Origin: Asterias rubens
Lineage: Eukaryota
Length of the DNA: 64,000 nt
Reading direction: 5' to 3'
Assembly (NCBI RefSeq): GCF_902459465.1
Contig: NC_047063.1
Coordinates: 15,066,001 to 15,130,000, forward strand
A program made the position numbers and the translations under genes. Positions 1 through 12,257 of this stretch are shown here, one piece after another; positions within the stretch are counted from its first letter, which is position 1; every line of letters begins with the position of its first letter. The notes under the pieces were generated by a model. The model did not search any database, had not been told where the DNA came from, and was given only the letters and a program-made list of their open reading frames with translations.

Positions 1-22
1 GTCAAAAGCGGAGTTCAAAGCC

Positions 23-414
23 TTAAAGGAACACGTTGCCTTGGATCGGACGAGTTGGTCTATCAAAAGCGTTGGTAACCGTTTTTTTATATAAAATGCA
101 TATGGTTGGAAAGATGTTTTAAAAGTAGAATACAATGATCCACACATATTTGCTTTGAAATTGCGTGGTTTTCTTTTAACTTTGCGAACTAACACGGTCG
201 ACCATTTATGGGAGTCAAAAATTTGACTCCCATAAATGGCCGACCGTGTTTGCGACGAGGTAAGAGGAAAACCACGCAATTTTGAGTGATACTTGTGTGG
301 ATCATTATATCCTACTTTTAAAATATCTTTCTAATCATATGCATTTTATAACAAATGGTTACAAACCCTTTTCAAAGACCAACTCGACCGATCCACGGCA
401 ACGTGTTCCTTTAA
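23..414. mobile_element. Kolobok/T2-type MITE, family A, full length
   Basis: TTAA at both ends; TIR AAAGGAACACGTTGCC.TGGATCGG; internally near-palindromic. Confidence 0.9.
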
Positions 415-1569
415 AAAATAGCAAATATGGATTATACCAAAGGTAGGGAGAGATAACACTTAGAAACTATATGCCCTACATAGCCTAATAGCAGTCTGTA
501 ATGAACTACCAACAAGTCTACTATAATTGTTTCATTCTCAGTATTAAGTTTGGTTTCTTACTAAAACAGTGATTTTATTGACAACAGTTACCAGGGTTGA
601 GGTTCGCCAAACTTGAGAAATTGTGCACTTTGAAATTCCTCTTGCTTTGTTAAATTCCTTGTAGTCTTTTGAATCTTCTTGTGGGTTGTATCGTTCTCTC
701 TCTTTTAACTCGTTGTAGGAAAGTATCTTCTCCATTGTTTTAGTCTCCCTTAAGGTCAAAGTCAAGGTCAAAGTGCATCAAATAAGTTGCAATTTCATTT
801 GAAGGGTAGCAGCAGCATCAATATGATGGGTAGATACAAAACAACATCAATGACAAGATATTTCATGCTTGTAGACAACTACCACAGTTACCATGATGTG
901 TAAAATCTTTAGACATGTTCATAGCTTGATAATGAAGTTGTCAAATTCATTGAGGAGGATGGTATGCTAAATGACATCCTCACCAATGAAGGCCTAACAC
1001 TTCCTCTAAGTTGAATAAGAACGAGAGGTAAGATATAAATCCTAGATCAAGGCCCAATATCATGGCTTCCTTCACACAAGTTAACGACTAATCTGCCTTA
1101 CAAGTACAATAATGAAGTTGGTTCACAATATTTGAGACGTGGCGTACCTCCACTAAATTAAAATTGTATTGTCACCGTCCAAGGTTTTTAACACGTTTGG
1201 CACCAAGACTCGAGTTTCAGTGGCTACACAATGTTGTGTTCATTTAATTCATGACGCACTGCCTTTTTATTAATGTGGCGCCCATGGCCATACTCAAACC
1301 ATAATTCAATTCCCATAAATTGAAAAACTGCCATTAAAAGTCAAGGCAACCATCAGCATTAATGCCTTTAATATTCTATAAGCTCCGAAATGTTCCTAAA
1401 AAGGCCTAATTGGGTATAACTGTCATTTGAAAGCTTATCTTTTCATCTGTTTGCTTGTTTTTTTTCCCCAGTTTGTTTGTATTCTTCTTTTCCTTTCAGC
1501 ACCTTGCATCGCTATATAAATTATAATCCTATTATTATTCTTATTATTATTCTTATTATTACTATTATC

Positions 1570-1749
1570 TGAGACTTGACGAACTATCCAGGAACCGTAA
1601 CGTTCATTAAAGCAGACGCGCAATCGCGTCTGCATCACGCACCCATTAGCCGGGTACAAAACAGCGCAATGTTCCCTCATTTTGCCAACCAAAACGTGAG
1701 TGCGCACGCGCTATGTGCAATTTACATATTTCATGGGAAGGGTCTATTG
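1570..1749. mobile_element. CpG-rich repeat fragment next to an (ATT)n microsatellite
   Basis: Abrupt CpG-rich block ending catgggaagggtctattg, with internal palindrome gcagacgcg.aatcgcgtctgc. Confidence 0.45.
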
Positions 1750-4038
1750 AATTTCTCTAGCTTGGAGTAACTGTACCATGTCTATGTTATTGTCTGTCTA
1801 TATTATTCATCACTGATGATTTTTATAGGGCAGAGGAGAAAACACAGTAGAAACGAAGAAAAAAAAGAAAAAACACAACTTTCCCTGGTAAATGTTCTAG
1901 CTTGAAATGCCAAGGATATCAGCAATAACCAACCTTTCAAAATCAATTGCAAAACTTGATACTTTTTCCCTCTTCCAATGATAATTCAATCAGGAAAGCA
2001 ATTATGAGGGGACTTTAAACCGACTCCAACCCCCAACCACCAACCCCCTCAAAATGAACTTGCATTCATACAAAACCCCAAGGACTGGTAATCAATTCTT
2101 AATGAATTGTACCATTAAAAAAAACCTTCTGTATAGGTATGAATGTATCAATCTCCTAACACCCTAATGTCTAGATTCTATATGACAAACTGAAGAACCA
2201 TCAAGTTCAAAATGAGAGGGGGTAGTCACAGGAATTGATTTGTTTGTGTAATATGAGACTCTTTCTATTTGGCAGATATTTTGTGGGAAAGGATATGTGG
2301 GTGGACAGGTTTATCTTTTTGAAAGCGGTAAAGACAAACAGTAAAGGATTAGTGTTTTTTTTTCTCTATTTCTCTCTTTCTTTCTCTACACGAACAGAAC
2401 TTCTTAAACTATGAATAGATTGTATCCCTCGAGATGAAATTCCTATCAAGTTACGTTTTCTAGCAATTTACATTTTCTATTATTTACTTCAGTGTGACTT
2501 ATATCCGACTTTTTGCTGCTGTTGTTTTTTAGTTATTATTGAATATTTTGTTGCGGGCTTGTGTACAATTTATGGAATGGACGCAATATAAATCATCATT
2601 GTTATTGTTAGAGAGTCAGTCAAACAATGTTAATTAACAATGATACTCATTAATGACCATATTGCTATTATTATGTGTTCAGATTCTGTGTACATTTTAA
2701 GACATTGACGAGCAAAGTTAAGAACAATTTTATGATATGAAATGTATCTCTTGTAAGCTTCCATTGACAAAATTTATAATCTCGTCTTAAACCCTTCTTA
2801 CTGGCTAAAAGATTTATCCAAAAGTCAATGTACTTATAAAGAAGAATTTCTCAAACACAAACAAATGTAAATAAAGTAACACTAACTGATGCCTTGAAGT
2901 ATAAACAACCAACTGATTTGAATACAGTGTGAATTCCGCTCCTCAGCCTGTCCAACTAAATCTCTTTCAAACCTTTGTAAAATAGGACAAACCGCCTCAT
3001 TTACATACAGTAGTATCACTAAATCTCTCTCACATACAGACAGGTTTAATTTATTCGCATGAATAATGCATCTCATGCATGTATTAACCTATTTACTTCT
3101 TGTGGGTACATGCAAACACAAACAGATGCTAGACCTCACCTGTCATTACCTGCTATATGCCACTAGCATCGCTGGCCAACCTCAGAGGTGCCATTCACTG
3201 TACTTCTAGATTCTCTCGCAAACACAAAACAATTCCTTCATCTTCACAAAATGCCCTATTTCTGCATAATCTCACGTAGACAGAACTTAAGCCACTTTCT
3301 TTGCATGTACATAACATTGTCTGCTCAGAACTATATAAGGTCTTTAGTACAATTTGTAAGGATTTCGCAAAAATGCTTACGTATAATTGGAGCTCTTGGT
3401 AAATGGGGTTTATTGATCAAGAGTGGATGGTCTTCAGGATTTTGTTTGGCAAAAAAGAAACATGCATTTTCCAAGTTAAATGTTCTCTCTTTTTTTAAAG
3501 TTTATTCTAAATTGTTCATGAAAGGACCTTTTGATTAGATTGTGTATTGCCACTAATGACTGCATAGTTCTAAAAACAGCCTTATGGAACTGGGAAGGGG
3601 AGAAAAAGGGTGAATTCTGAAAGAGTTTTGTAAATCTCTTGGCTTAAAAAAGAGAATGTCTACACAAATTAAACACTTTGAAATTGCTGGGTTTTTTTAG
3701 TGACAATTACACACAAATTTGTGTTATGTTTGTAAAAACATTTCGGAGATAAATATATCAGTCAAAATGAATGCATTAAACAAATGCTGGTTAGTACTAA
3801 CTGTTGTGTTGTTATTGTCTGAAATGAAGGTGCTTTAAAGTACAGATCATTTGCACACAGTTTTCTATCTTTTGTCAGTGTCATTTTTGAAAAAAATATA
3901 ATAAAAACAGCAAAAAGCTCTTTTGTCCCCAGCCTTATATATGTACGATTCAAGAAGCTTTTTACAATGTATAAGCAGTGATAATTCCCTACCCATAGAT
4001 CAAAGAAGAGAATCATGTCATTATTTGAAGGCTTGTGG

Positions 4039-4330
4039 TTAAAGACATTGGACCCTATTGGTTATTGTCAAAGGCTAGTCTTCTCACTTGGTGTATCTCA
4101 CTTGGTGTATCTCAACATAGGCATAAAATAACAAACCTCAAATTATAAATCTGAGGTCTCAAAGTCAAATTCGTGGAAAATTACTTCCTTCTCGAAAACT
4201 ACGTCACTTCAGAGGGAGCTGTTTCTCACAATGTTTGATACTATCAACCTCTCCCCATTACTCGTAATCAAGAAAGGTTTTATGATAATAATTATTTTGA
4301 TTAATTACCAATAGTGTCCACTGCCTTTAA
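4039..4330 (+). mobile_element. Kolobok/T2-type MITE family B, internal deletion
   Basis: ttaaagacattggac...gtgtccactgcctttaa; contains a 14-bp internal duplication, ctcacttggtgtat x2. Confidence 0.88.
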
Positions 4331-5318
4331 CACATCGAATAAACACCTTCTTATAAAAAGGCATTGCAGTGTTCCAAGAATAGTCAGTATGGTCCAACTT
4401 GACATTTGAATGAGTATTTATGACGACATTCTTCTTAATGGCCTTATAATGTAGTGTTACCGCAACGGGAGAATGCAGGATTGCCTTATAGTCTACAGAT
4501 CATGCATTAAAATTCTGTTCAATTGTGATTTATTTAATCATAAGCACCAGACCTGTGATTTATTTAGTTCCAACCAAAATGAACATTGACATTATCTCTT
4601 CTTATGTTTTTTTTCCTTCTCATTTATCAAGAAAGTACTAAGTATTCAATTACTGACAAAGAAATCTGTTGAAAAGTTGATGTAGAATATGGTCAATTCA
4701 CTGGTATAAATACCCAGGATATGTGAGGATACCAAAAGTGATTACTACGTTTTAGCCTGAAAGCTTACTGATAATTAAGGTTTTTTTTTTTTTTCTTCAC
4801 AAGAACCAACTGTTTTGTGAAATGCTTCCTCTCTGGAATGTCCAGAAAACTGTGTCTGAACCCCCCTCCCCCTCTAAAAAAAGAAGAAGCAAAAGCTGAT
4901 TTTGATTGTTACAAAAATTTAGGAAAATGTGTTGACATGCTGTACATTGTGCACTGCTTTCGACCATTATTTTTCTCCAGACTCACAAAACGGATTAGGC
5001 CCAAATTTTCACAGGTTTGTTATTTCACACAAACACTGTCTGCGACTATTTTGTCAGCTCGGCCAATCCTGTATAATACTTCTAACGTAGTTTTAATACC
5101 ACGTTGCTCTTATTAGATTTCAGTCTTAGTGAATAGAATCCATCAGCACACCTGGCAGATGGTCTGTATTCCTCATATCTTTAGGTTTTAATTTACTTGA
5201 AAGGAACAGAAACTTAAAAAATAACAGATTCTTGTTACAGACCTTTAGAATTTAATAATACATTTCAATGGATTTGTTGATCATGTAACACTCGGGGGAA
5301 TTTCACTTTCTAGAGCCT

Positions 5319-5496
5319 NNNNNNNNNNNNNNNNNNNNNNNNNNNNNNNNNNNNNNNNNNNNNNNNNNNNNNNNNNNNNNNNNNNNNNNNNNNNNNNNNN
5401 NNNNNNNNNNNNNNNNNNNNNNNNNNNNNNNNNNNNNNNNNNNNNNNNNNNNNNNNNNNNNNNNNNNNNNNNNNNNNNNNNNNNNNNNNNNNNNNN
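5319..5496. other. Assembly gap (N run)
   Basis: Run of N characters. Confidence 0.99.
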
Positions 5497-5619
5497 TTTA
5501 TACTGGCAGATAAATAAAGATTAAAGATGGATCACTACAAAATGTATCATAAATAAACATAATTTGGGGTGGAACAAAGACAAATTTACTAGATCCGGAT
5601 TTATACCTGTGACCCACAG

Positions 5620-5811
5620 ATTCATATGAGGGCATTCCCATTGCAGTCCTCATGTGCGCGATCTCCCTATATTTCGTCAAATCTTTCTTCAGGGGTACCA
5701 GTCAGCTAGAGCCCTTCGACCTAGGTTACTTCCATAAACCAGAGATCACACCCAAGTTTGCGATACAACCTGAGAAGCATTATGAGATGGATCACCTAAA
5801 GTCCTGCTTTG
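5620..5811 (+). CDS. Candidate internal coding exon of an unidentified antisense gene (192 nt, phase 1-1)
   Basis: cccacag|AT TCA TAT ... TGC TTT G|gtaaat, an open frame giving DSYEGIPIAVLMCAISLYFVKSFFRGTSQLEPFDLGYFHKPEITPKFAIQPEKHYEMDHLKSCF. GC-richer than the flanks, one hydrophobic segment. No family recognised. Confidence 0.4.
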
Positions 5812-6245
5812 GTAAATTTCTGTTTGTTCAACCCAAAACTAATTAAGATTTACCCAATCAGTTTCCCTTGCATGCTCACATCCCTTATTGTTAGAATTAT
5901 TGGATTGCCATTGATGAGCATCAGAGGGTCTTATATTTTTCTAAGGAGCAGACAAAAAGCAACAGCTCCATAGAAATGAGGAATGGTGCAAGGAAATTGA
6001 TTTGAAGAAATGAAGACTAGTGGATAGTCTTTATTAGCAATCAAGACGTTAAGTGGTTCAAAATCCTAGGAGAATACAACTATAAACTTTACAAAAAATC
6101 TCAGTTTCGAAAGTAAAAATAGATCATCTACTACATGTATGAATAAACCTGAGATCTCGATCAGAACCGCTGTAAATATTCTTCCACTGGAAAAAAACCC
6201 TGGTGTAATACTTCATTTGTATCCTATATCGCACATAGCAACATC

Positions 6246-6360
6246 GACCGCCATGTTTGATGATAAACAATGGAAAAGTGCATGAGTGTCACGCTGTTTA
6301 CACGTCTCAGCCAATGATAGCCTTAGGTGACGAGCGCATGTTTCATCAAAGATGGTGGTC
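6246..6360. mobile_element. Short inverted-repeat element
   Basis: gaccgccatgtttgatga / tcatcaaagatggtggtc. Confidence 0.6.
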
Positions 6361-6639
6361 GTTAGGTGATGATGTCATGTGCAATCTATCTATTGACTGT
6401 GATTCTCATGTTACTTCAGGGTTAAAAAAAAGGTTGAAATTGGGATCCAGATCTTAGAATGTATGTAGAAGTGGTGGCATATATGTACAACTTTTGATAA
6501 CCCCTGGAGTTATAGATTCCAAGGAGCTTTTATAGTAAGTGTCCCCAGTGCTAGAAAAGTAGACCAAAGAGCCTGATTTATTTAGTTTGGAGAAAAAGCC
6601 AAAATGTTTGGTTTGCACACCTATTGAGTAACTCACATT

Positions 6640-6767
6640 GGTGTAAGGGTAGTTAGCACTGTATACTCATTACTTTCCCAAGTTCTGTGAAAAAATCAGA
6701 CATATAATACTGGGGTGGGATTCAAACCCACAACCTATGCAATTCTAGTGCACTGTCTTACCAACTA
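6640..6767 (-). mobile_element. Same SINE family, partial
   Basis: gttagcactgtatactca...ggtgggattcaaacccac...gtcttaccaacta. Confidence 0.8.
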
Positions 6768-7659
6768 TTAAACTCAAAGCTGACGATTTTTGTAAATCAT
6801 GAAGCTTTTCAATCATGTGAGAGGCTAAGGCCTACTTAATAAAACATTCGTTGTCTATCGACAAAATAAAGTTTTATATTGTGATCTTCAGCAGAAGTAA
6901 AACAAACCTTGCCTCAATACTGGACAATACCGAGGGAAATTGCGGGGAAATAATTACACTAATTGTTCCCAAACCAAACTCTTTTATCCAGACTCTAGTC
7001 CCTCATGATGGACAATTTAGCATGGGATATTCAATGTGATCCACAGAATGGTACTTTTTCTAAAGTCTCACTGGAAATCAATGGCTGATATCTCTTCAAG
7101 ATCCAGGAGAATCAAACAAAACTAGGTTGGCCCTTTGGGACGGTAGAAAAATGGCTCCAGCCTACCAACTGTTCTCATTGAAAAGAAATTGTGACAAAAA
7201 GCTACACCTTTGCCCTTTGGATGGTAGAAACAAAATTGTGCTGGCCCATCAAACTAATCTCAATGTAAACAAAATTGTTGAGAAATGTGAGGCTGGCCCA
7301 GCAAACTGGTCTCCTTGAAAAAAAGGTGTTAAACATGATTTTAAAAAAACGAGACGTTGCCAGGGAAAAACCAAATGCCTGAAAATTGTGTATTATGTAT
7401 TTCTTTTTATTTTCTCGACATGTCAAAATGATCGGTCAGAAATCATGCGTAACCTGTCAACCTTATAGGCTCTTTAGCATAAAGATCTTTGCCAAACACT
7501 ATGTTTATAATGAAATGGAGTTCCCATAAGAGATAATTGTTCTCTTTTTATGTTTAATTGTACTTACAAAAAAGTAATAAGCCTACTCTGTAAATAAAAC
7601 TTGAATGTCACAATGAAATAATTTCTGACACTTGCCACTTCCTAAATTTGATTTCTTAC

Positions 7660-7746
7660 CTTAATAATGAAGGCTTTGATGCTTCCTGAGTAGGCCTGTT
7701 CTCTGGTTGCACTGAAATACAGACCAATGCCACCCGCTAGGATTAA
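7660..7746 (-). CDS. SSPN: Sarcospan-like second coding exon (87 nt, LILAGGIGLYFSATREQAYSGSIKAFIIK)
   Basis: Acceptor ttttttctttttatcatttcag| and donor AAG|GTAAGA, phase 0-0. It continues TM2 directly after WAGIV. Length and position match the short middle exon of vertebrate SSPN as I recall it. Absent from the ORF track. Confidence 0.8.
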
Positions 7747-7808
7747 CTGAAATGATAAAAAGAAAAAAACATGCGAGGATTAACTGATATGATAAAAAGC
7801 AAAAACAT
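7736..7808. repeat. 37-bp tandem duplication of the splice acceptor of the 87-nt SSPN exon
   Basis: gctaggattaactgaaatgataaaaagaaaaaaacat / gcgaggattaactgatatgataaaaagcaaaaacat. Confidence 0.9.
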
Positions 7809-7875
7809 ACTGTCATATCGCATCAGAGAAAGATTGTGCAATTTACGATGGGAAAAGAACCACACAATGAAAGTT

Positions 7876-8254
7876 TTAAAGGGACATATTGCCTTGGATG
7901 GACAAGTCGGTCTTTGAAAAGCGTTTCTAACCGTTTGTTATAAAATGTATGGTTAGAAAGATGTTTTAAAACTAGAATACAATGATCCACACAAATATGC
8001 CTCAAACCAGTGCATGGTTTTCCTTTAAATCGTTGACTAAAACGGTCGGCAATTTGTGGGAGTCAAATTTTTGAGTACCATAAATGGCGGACCGTGTTAG
8101 TTCGCAAAGTAAAAGGAAAACCATGCAATTTTGAGGCATAGGCCTATTTGTGTAGATCATTGTATTCTACTTTTACAACATCTTTCCAAGTATTTTATAA
8201 CAAACAGATACAAACGCTTTTTAAAGACAAACTTGTCTGATCCAGGGCAACGTG
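7876..8254. mobile_element. MITE family A, diverged, right end truncated
   Basis: Colinear with 23-414; starts ttaaagggacatattgccttggat. Confidence 0.85.
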
Positions 8255-8321
8255 AAGAAGTCAAAAGAGCTGTAATTATCTGAAAATTATTACAAACCTC
8301 AGCCTGAAAATCCACTAATTA

Positions 8322-8468
8322 TAAAATGTCAGGGTTTAATCAAAGAAATATTGACTGGAGCGAGATGTGAACCTACGACTCACGGATTAGCATATCGACG
8401 CTCAACCAACTGATCTATCAAGCCCTATGTTGCTGGTCTCCCTTTTAGTCAATATTTGTTCAGGGGTG
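8322..8468 (-). mobile_element. Second tRNA-derived SINE family
   Basis: tRNA-like head on the reverse strand (...gaacctacgactcacggattagc...ctcaaccaactgatcta); related pieces at about 39300-39410 and 51560-51640. Confidence 0.6.
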
Positions 8469-10719
8469 ATTATAAAGCACTGCAGATATTCTCCGGGTGC
8501 TCTAAAATATCGCTAAAATATCGTTAGAAAACCTGTTGAAAACATTTCTTACCAATCCATACATTGCGCTGAATCTTTCACAGAATAATTTCTGTACTAA
8601 TTGCTCACTTGTCCCAGATTTACATTAATACTGTTACAAAAAAATGTTCGAACATATGGTGCCCCTTTTTCTTTGTTTTCTAGGCTTACATGGTTGTTTA
8701 TCCCTGACATCTATCTGTTCTAACTGGAATGTTGTTGTCTTTATTGATCATGTTTGCTTACCTCTTTTACAATGTTTTCTACTTTTCCATTGTTATTTAT
8801 TTTTGACAACTACCTGATCAGACTGGGCTATAGTTTATTGATTATGTTATGGAGTTTGTTCATCCATGTGGCATTTTAATCATTTTTTTCACATTTCTTT
8901 TATCAAAACATGGTCTACTACAGAAAGATTCTCAGTAATACATATTTACCAACAGACTGATAGTTCTTCGCCTTATACATGTGAATACTAACAATCAAGA
9001 TTTGCCCATTCACTTTTTTTTCTAGGCGAACCCTAATTTTCCACAACTGGGCACCATTCCTCAGTGGAGACATCATCTTGGGGCTCCGTCGACATTTGCC
9101 AAGAAAATATCGGCGGCGGTTCAAGTTTCAGAAAATGGATTTGAGAATCGGTGGCAAACACGCAGGCACGCTGCACTGTGCATGGGGTTCTCAAGAAGAA
9201 AAAGAAGTTCACCCGGCTGAAAACGGAATCAAGAGGTTGGTTTGTTTTTCTCCCCAGTGATATCTGCACTGATCAGTATGCAAAACGGACTCTTCTTTCA
9301 TTTGCACTTTGTGTAGATGGCCTTACACTTGTTGTCTCCAGAGCGGTGCTTAATTTGTTTATTTTTAGAACCGGTAATTCCTTTCTGACTGTTTTTCTCA
9401 TCATGTGTGCGTGGCGTCTGATTTGAGGTCCGGCTATACTAGAAATCTGTCGGTCATCCGAAGAAAAGGGGTCATCGTAACCCCATATCACATGATCCTC
9501 TGAAACCTAGATTCCTAGTGATGAATTTACGAGCGCGGATTGTTTACTTCTCATCTCATGCTTCAGAGTTTTCCCAAGCTTTAACGGGTCTGCTTTAATA
9601 TGACACCGGTTATGAAGTGACCGTTATTTCATGCGAGAGTACAAATTTAGCTGGGTACCATTGAACTATTGATCTTTTTTATTAATCATTATGCACTAAT
9701 ACCAGTCTTGAACACACAGTTCCGGATGAGATGGTTGAGATTGTTAGCGTGATACACAAAATTTCACAAAGTTTGAGAAATGTTTGCAATGAATGTATAA
9801 CATGTAAACAATGTATGTCCTTTCACACAAGGCTCATTTTGTTATATTTCACAAACATAAAGGAAATTTCTATTTTTTCTGTCTGCTGAAAAGTGCTATT
9901 AGTATAAAAAAAAAAACGGGGCCAACAAAAAGGGGACTGTATGTTCATGCAAACCCAGGATATTTCAATACCAATATGCTTTTTGAATTGCATCTTTCTG
10001 GTAATAAAAGCAGGGCACCCTGTAAACATGCCGGTACTGCAAAGAGAAGATGTTGATAACTTTGTTTTTTTAAACCTCACTTAATCAGGTAATGTATAGC
10101 AATCCAGTCAACATGCAATCCACAGAGATTAACCAGGGCAGGACATGAAACCACTAAACCAACTTGAATGTCAGCCAACCTTTACATGTTGAACCCCCAG
10201 ACGAAAGCAGGCTAATTTTGTGCATCTATTTGAGTGTATATCATTTAACATGCACGCCATATGGTGGACTATTTAAACAGATGGGTAATGGAGCATGTTT
10301 TTATTTAAACTGAGCAATCATTTTGAAACTGACAGGTTTTTTTTTTCTTCTCGTTTTACATGATTGTTATTAAGACCAATCATTTACCAATTGATATCTT
10401 TGTTGATTTTGTCAGCATCCGTTTTCCTTTTTGAAGGACGGTTGTACTTTTTCAAATATTGAATGACAGTTTTTAGACTGTCGTTCAGTTTAAAAACTGT
10501 TTGTACAATTGTGAAGTTGTAAAATTTCAAGTGTGAACAATAGGCCTAAAGTGACATGTTTATTTATGAGCTTAGGGGAAAATATACAGTTTAACTCTAT
10601 GGGAAAAAAAAAATCAAATCAACACAAACCTTTTCTTTTTCTATTGGTTACCAGCAATTATCAGCTAATGATTTCTATATCAGCTAATGCACAGTCCTTG
10701 TGACTGATTCTCTACTAGT

Positions 10720-10783
10720 AAGTGCTTAGCAAATGCTACTTTGTGTTGGGCAAGTGCTTAGCAAATGCTACTTTGTGTTGAGC
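10720..10783. repeat. 32-bp tandem duplication
   Basis: aagtgcttagcaaatgctactttgtgttg(g/a)gc x2. Confidence 0.9.
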
Positions 10784-11879
10784 AAATTCTAATGTATGCT
10801 TATCACATGCTAATTTTGTGCTTAGCAGGTAAGCTTTCTGCAGAACAGTTATATGGACTAGGGCAAAGAATTACATTTATGTGATATTAACAGAATTCTG
10901 TACAGGGACCTTTTGTACATGTTGTATATAGTCTTTTTTGATAAATTTAATTTATTTATTCATTTACAGTTTTCCTTTCAGTTATTCACAAACCCAAAAG
11001 TGAACATCCATCTCCCAAAGCATTAACAATTTCAAGCTCCAACACACACTTGATAAATTATGTACACCAACTCCCAAAAACTTGCATAATTGATGTTGTA
11101 ATTACAACATTGCAAACACCTTAACATCCAAAATTAAAACTGATGAGTAACCGTCGTGTTGCATCAACAAGTGAGCTTCATCCATAAGTAATATTCCAAC
11201 ACATATAGCCTGTGAAACTTTTATGTAACATTGTCACTTGGCGTCAGCTGCAAGCATTAATTATATAGGCGAGTCACCAATGCATTACGGAAAAGGGATG
11301 GAGTAAGAATTATGTGATGCAAGCGCCTCAGTTTAAATATGTACATACCGGTACTCGTTACAGATAACTAAGAGGGGGTCAGTATTTGTATACCAGTGGG
11401 ATCCACTCCCTACTGCATCAAAATAATGTGTCCATTATCCTTGATTAAACTCAAGAGCAAAATAAACAGCGCTCCACTAAGATATACAAAATGCTGACCA
11501 AAGATCCAGGGTAGAGAGAGAGAGAAAGGTTCTGGCCTCATAGTAATATCACAATGAGGGGGAATCTATCTTCTCATGACAGGTCATCCTTCTTAAGGCT
11601 GTCAGTGCATGACACTGTGGCGTTTATCAGAGACATTTAAGCCTAAGGCAGGTGTCTCAAACTATCTTGTTCCAGCAATAGAGGACTTAACGAAAGCCAT
11701 GGGGAGAGCAATTATTAAAAACTGTATTTTGCACTAAAAACTTGTCATTTATAGCAAAATGGCCTTCGGACACGATTTGTCAATATGGAGCACGGTGTCA
11801 CACAATTCTTTTATTATTTCCTTCTAAAAATGCTGCACCATTTTGGTGAGAATAACTGCCTCACAAAAAAATAAATTCC

Positions 11880-12257
11880 ATATAGCTACTTTTTGTAAGA
11901 CACATGACACAAAAGTCCACAGATTTACATTAAACTTGCATGGTGATGGCAGAAGCTTCCCTTAAGATAGTACTTGCTGAGGAGCAGTAGTTTTTGTTGA
12001 GAATCTAGTAAAATAATGTCACCAAAATAATTTTTGTCTCAGTGAGACAAACAAATATTTTAGCATGTACAAGAGATTTACATGACTCTACTGAAAACAA
12101 TTTGCTCTGTGGTTTGTACTTTTTTTTCTCTCAAAATTTTGAGAACTATTGAAGCTGAAACTTCTACAGGTAAATGATATTACATACATCTTCATTCACT
12201 GTGAGTAAGGATAAAGGTCATGCCAAAAAAATCTACAAAAGGTACCAAACCCATTTA
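11880..12257. mobile_element. MITE family E-related, degenerate
   Basis: tccacagatttacattaaactt...agaagcttccctt block shared with 13745 and 40924; boundaries approximate. Confidence 0.6.

Noticed and set aside
544-771. Charged 75-aa minus-strand ORF as exon or transposon relic
   Set aside because: No convincing splice sites and no recognisable motif.
3188-3538. Possible last SSPN exon (minus frame contains LCTCKESG)
   Set aside because: The frame is bounded by stops, lacks the two expected TM segments, and has no suitable phase-0 acceptor.
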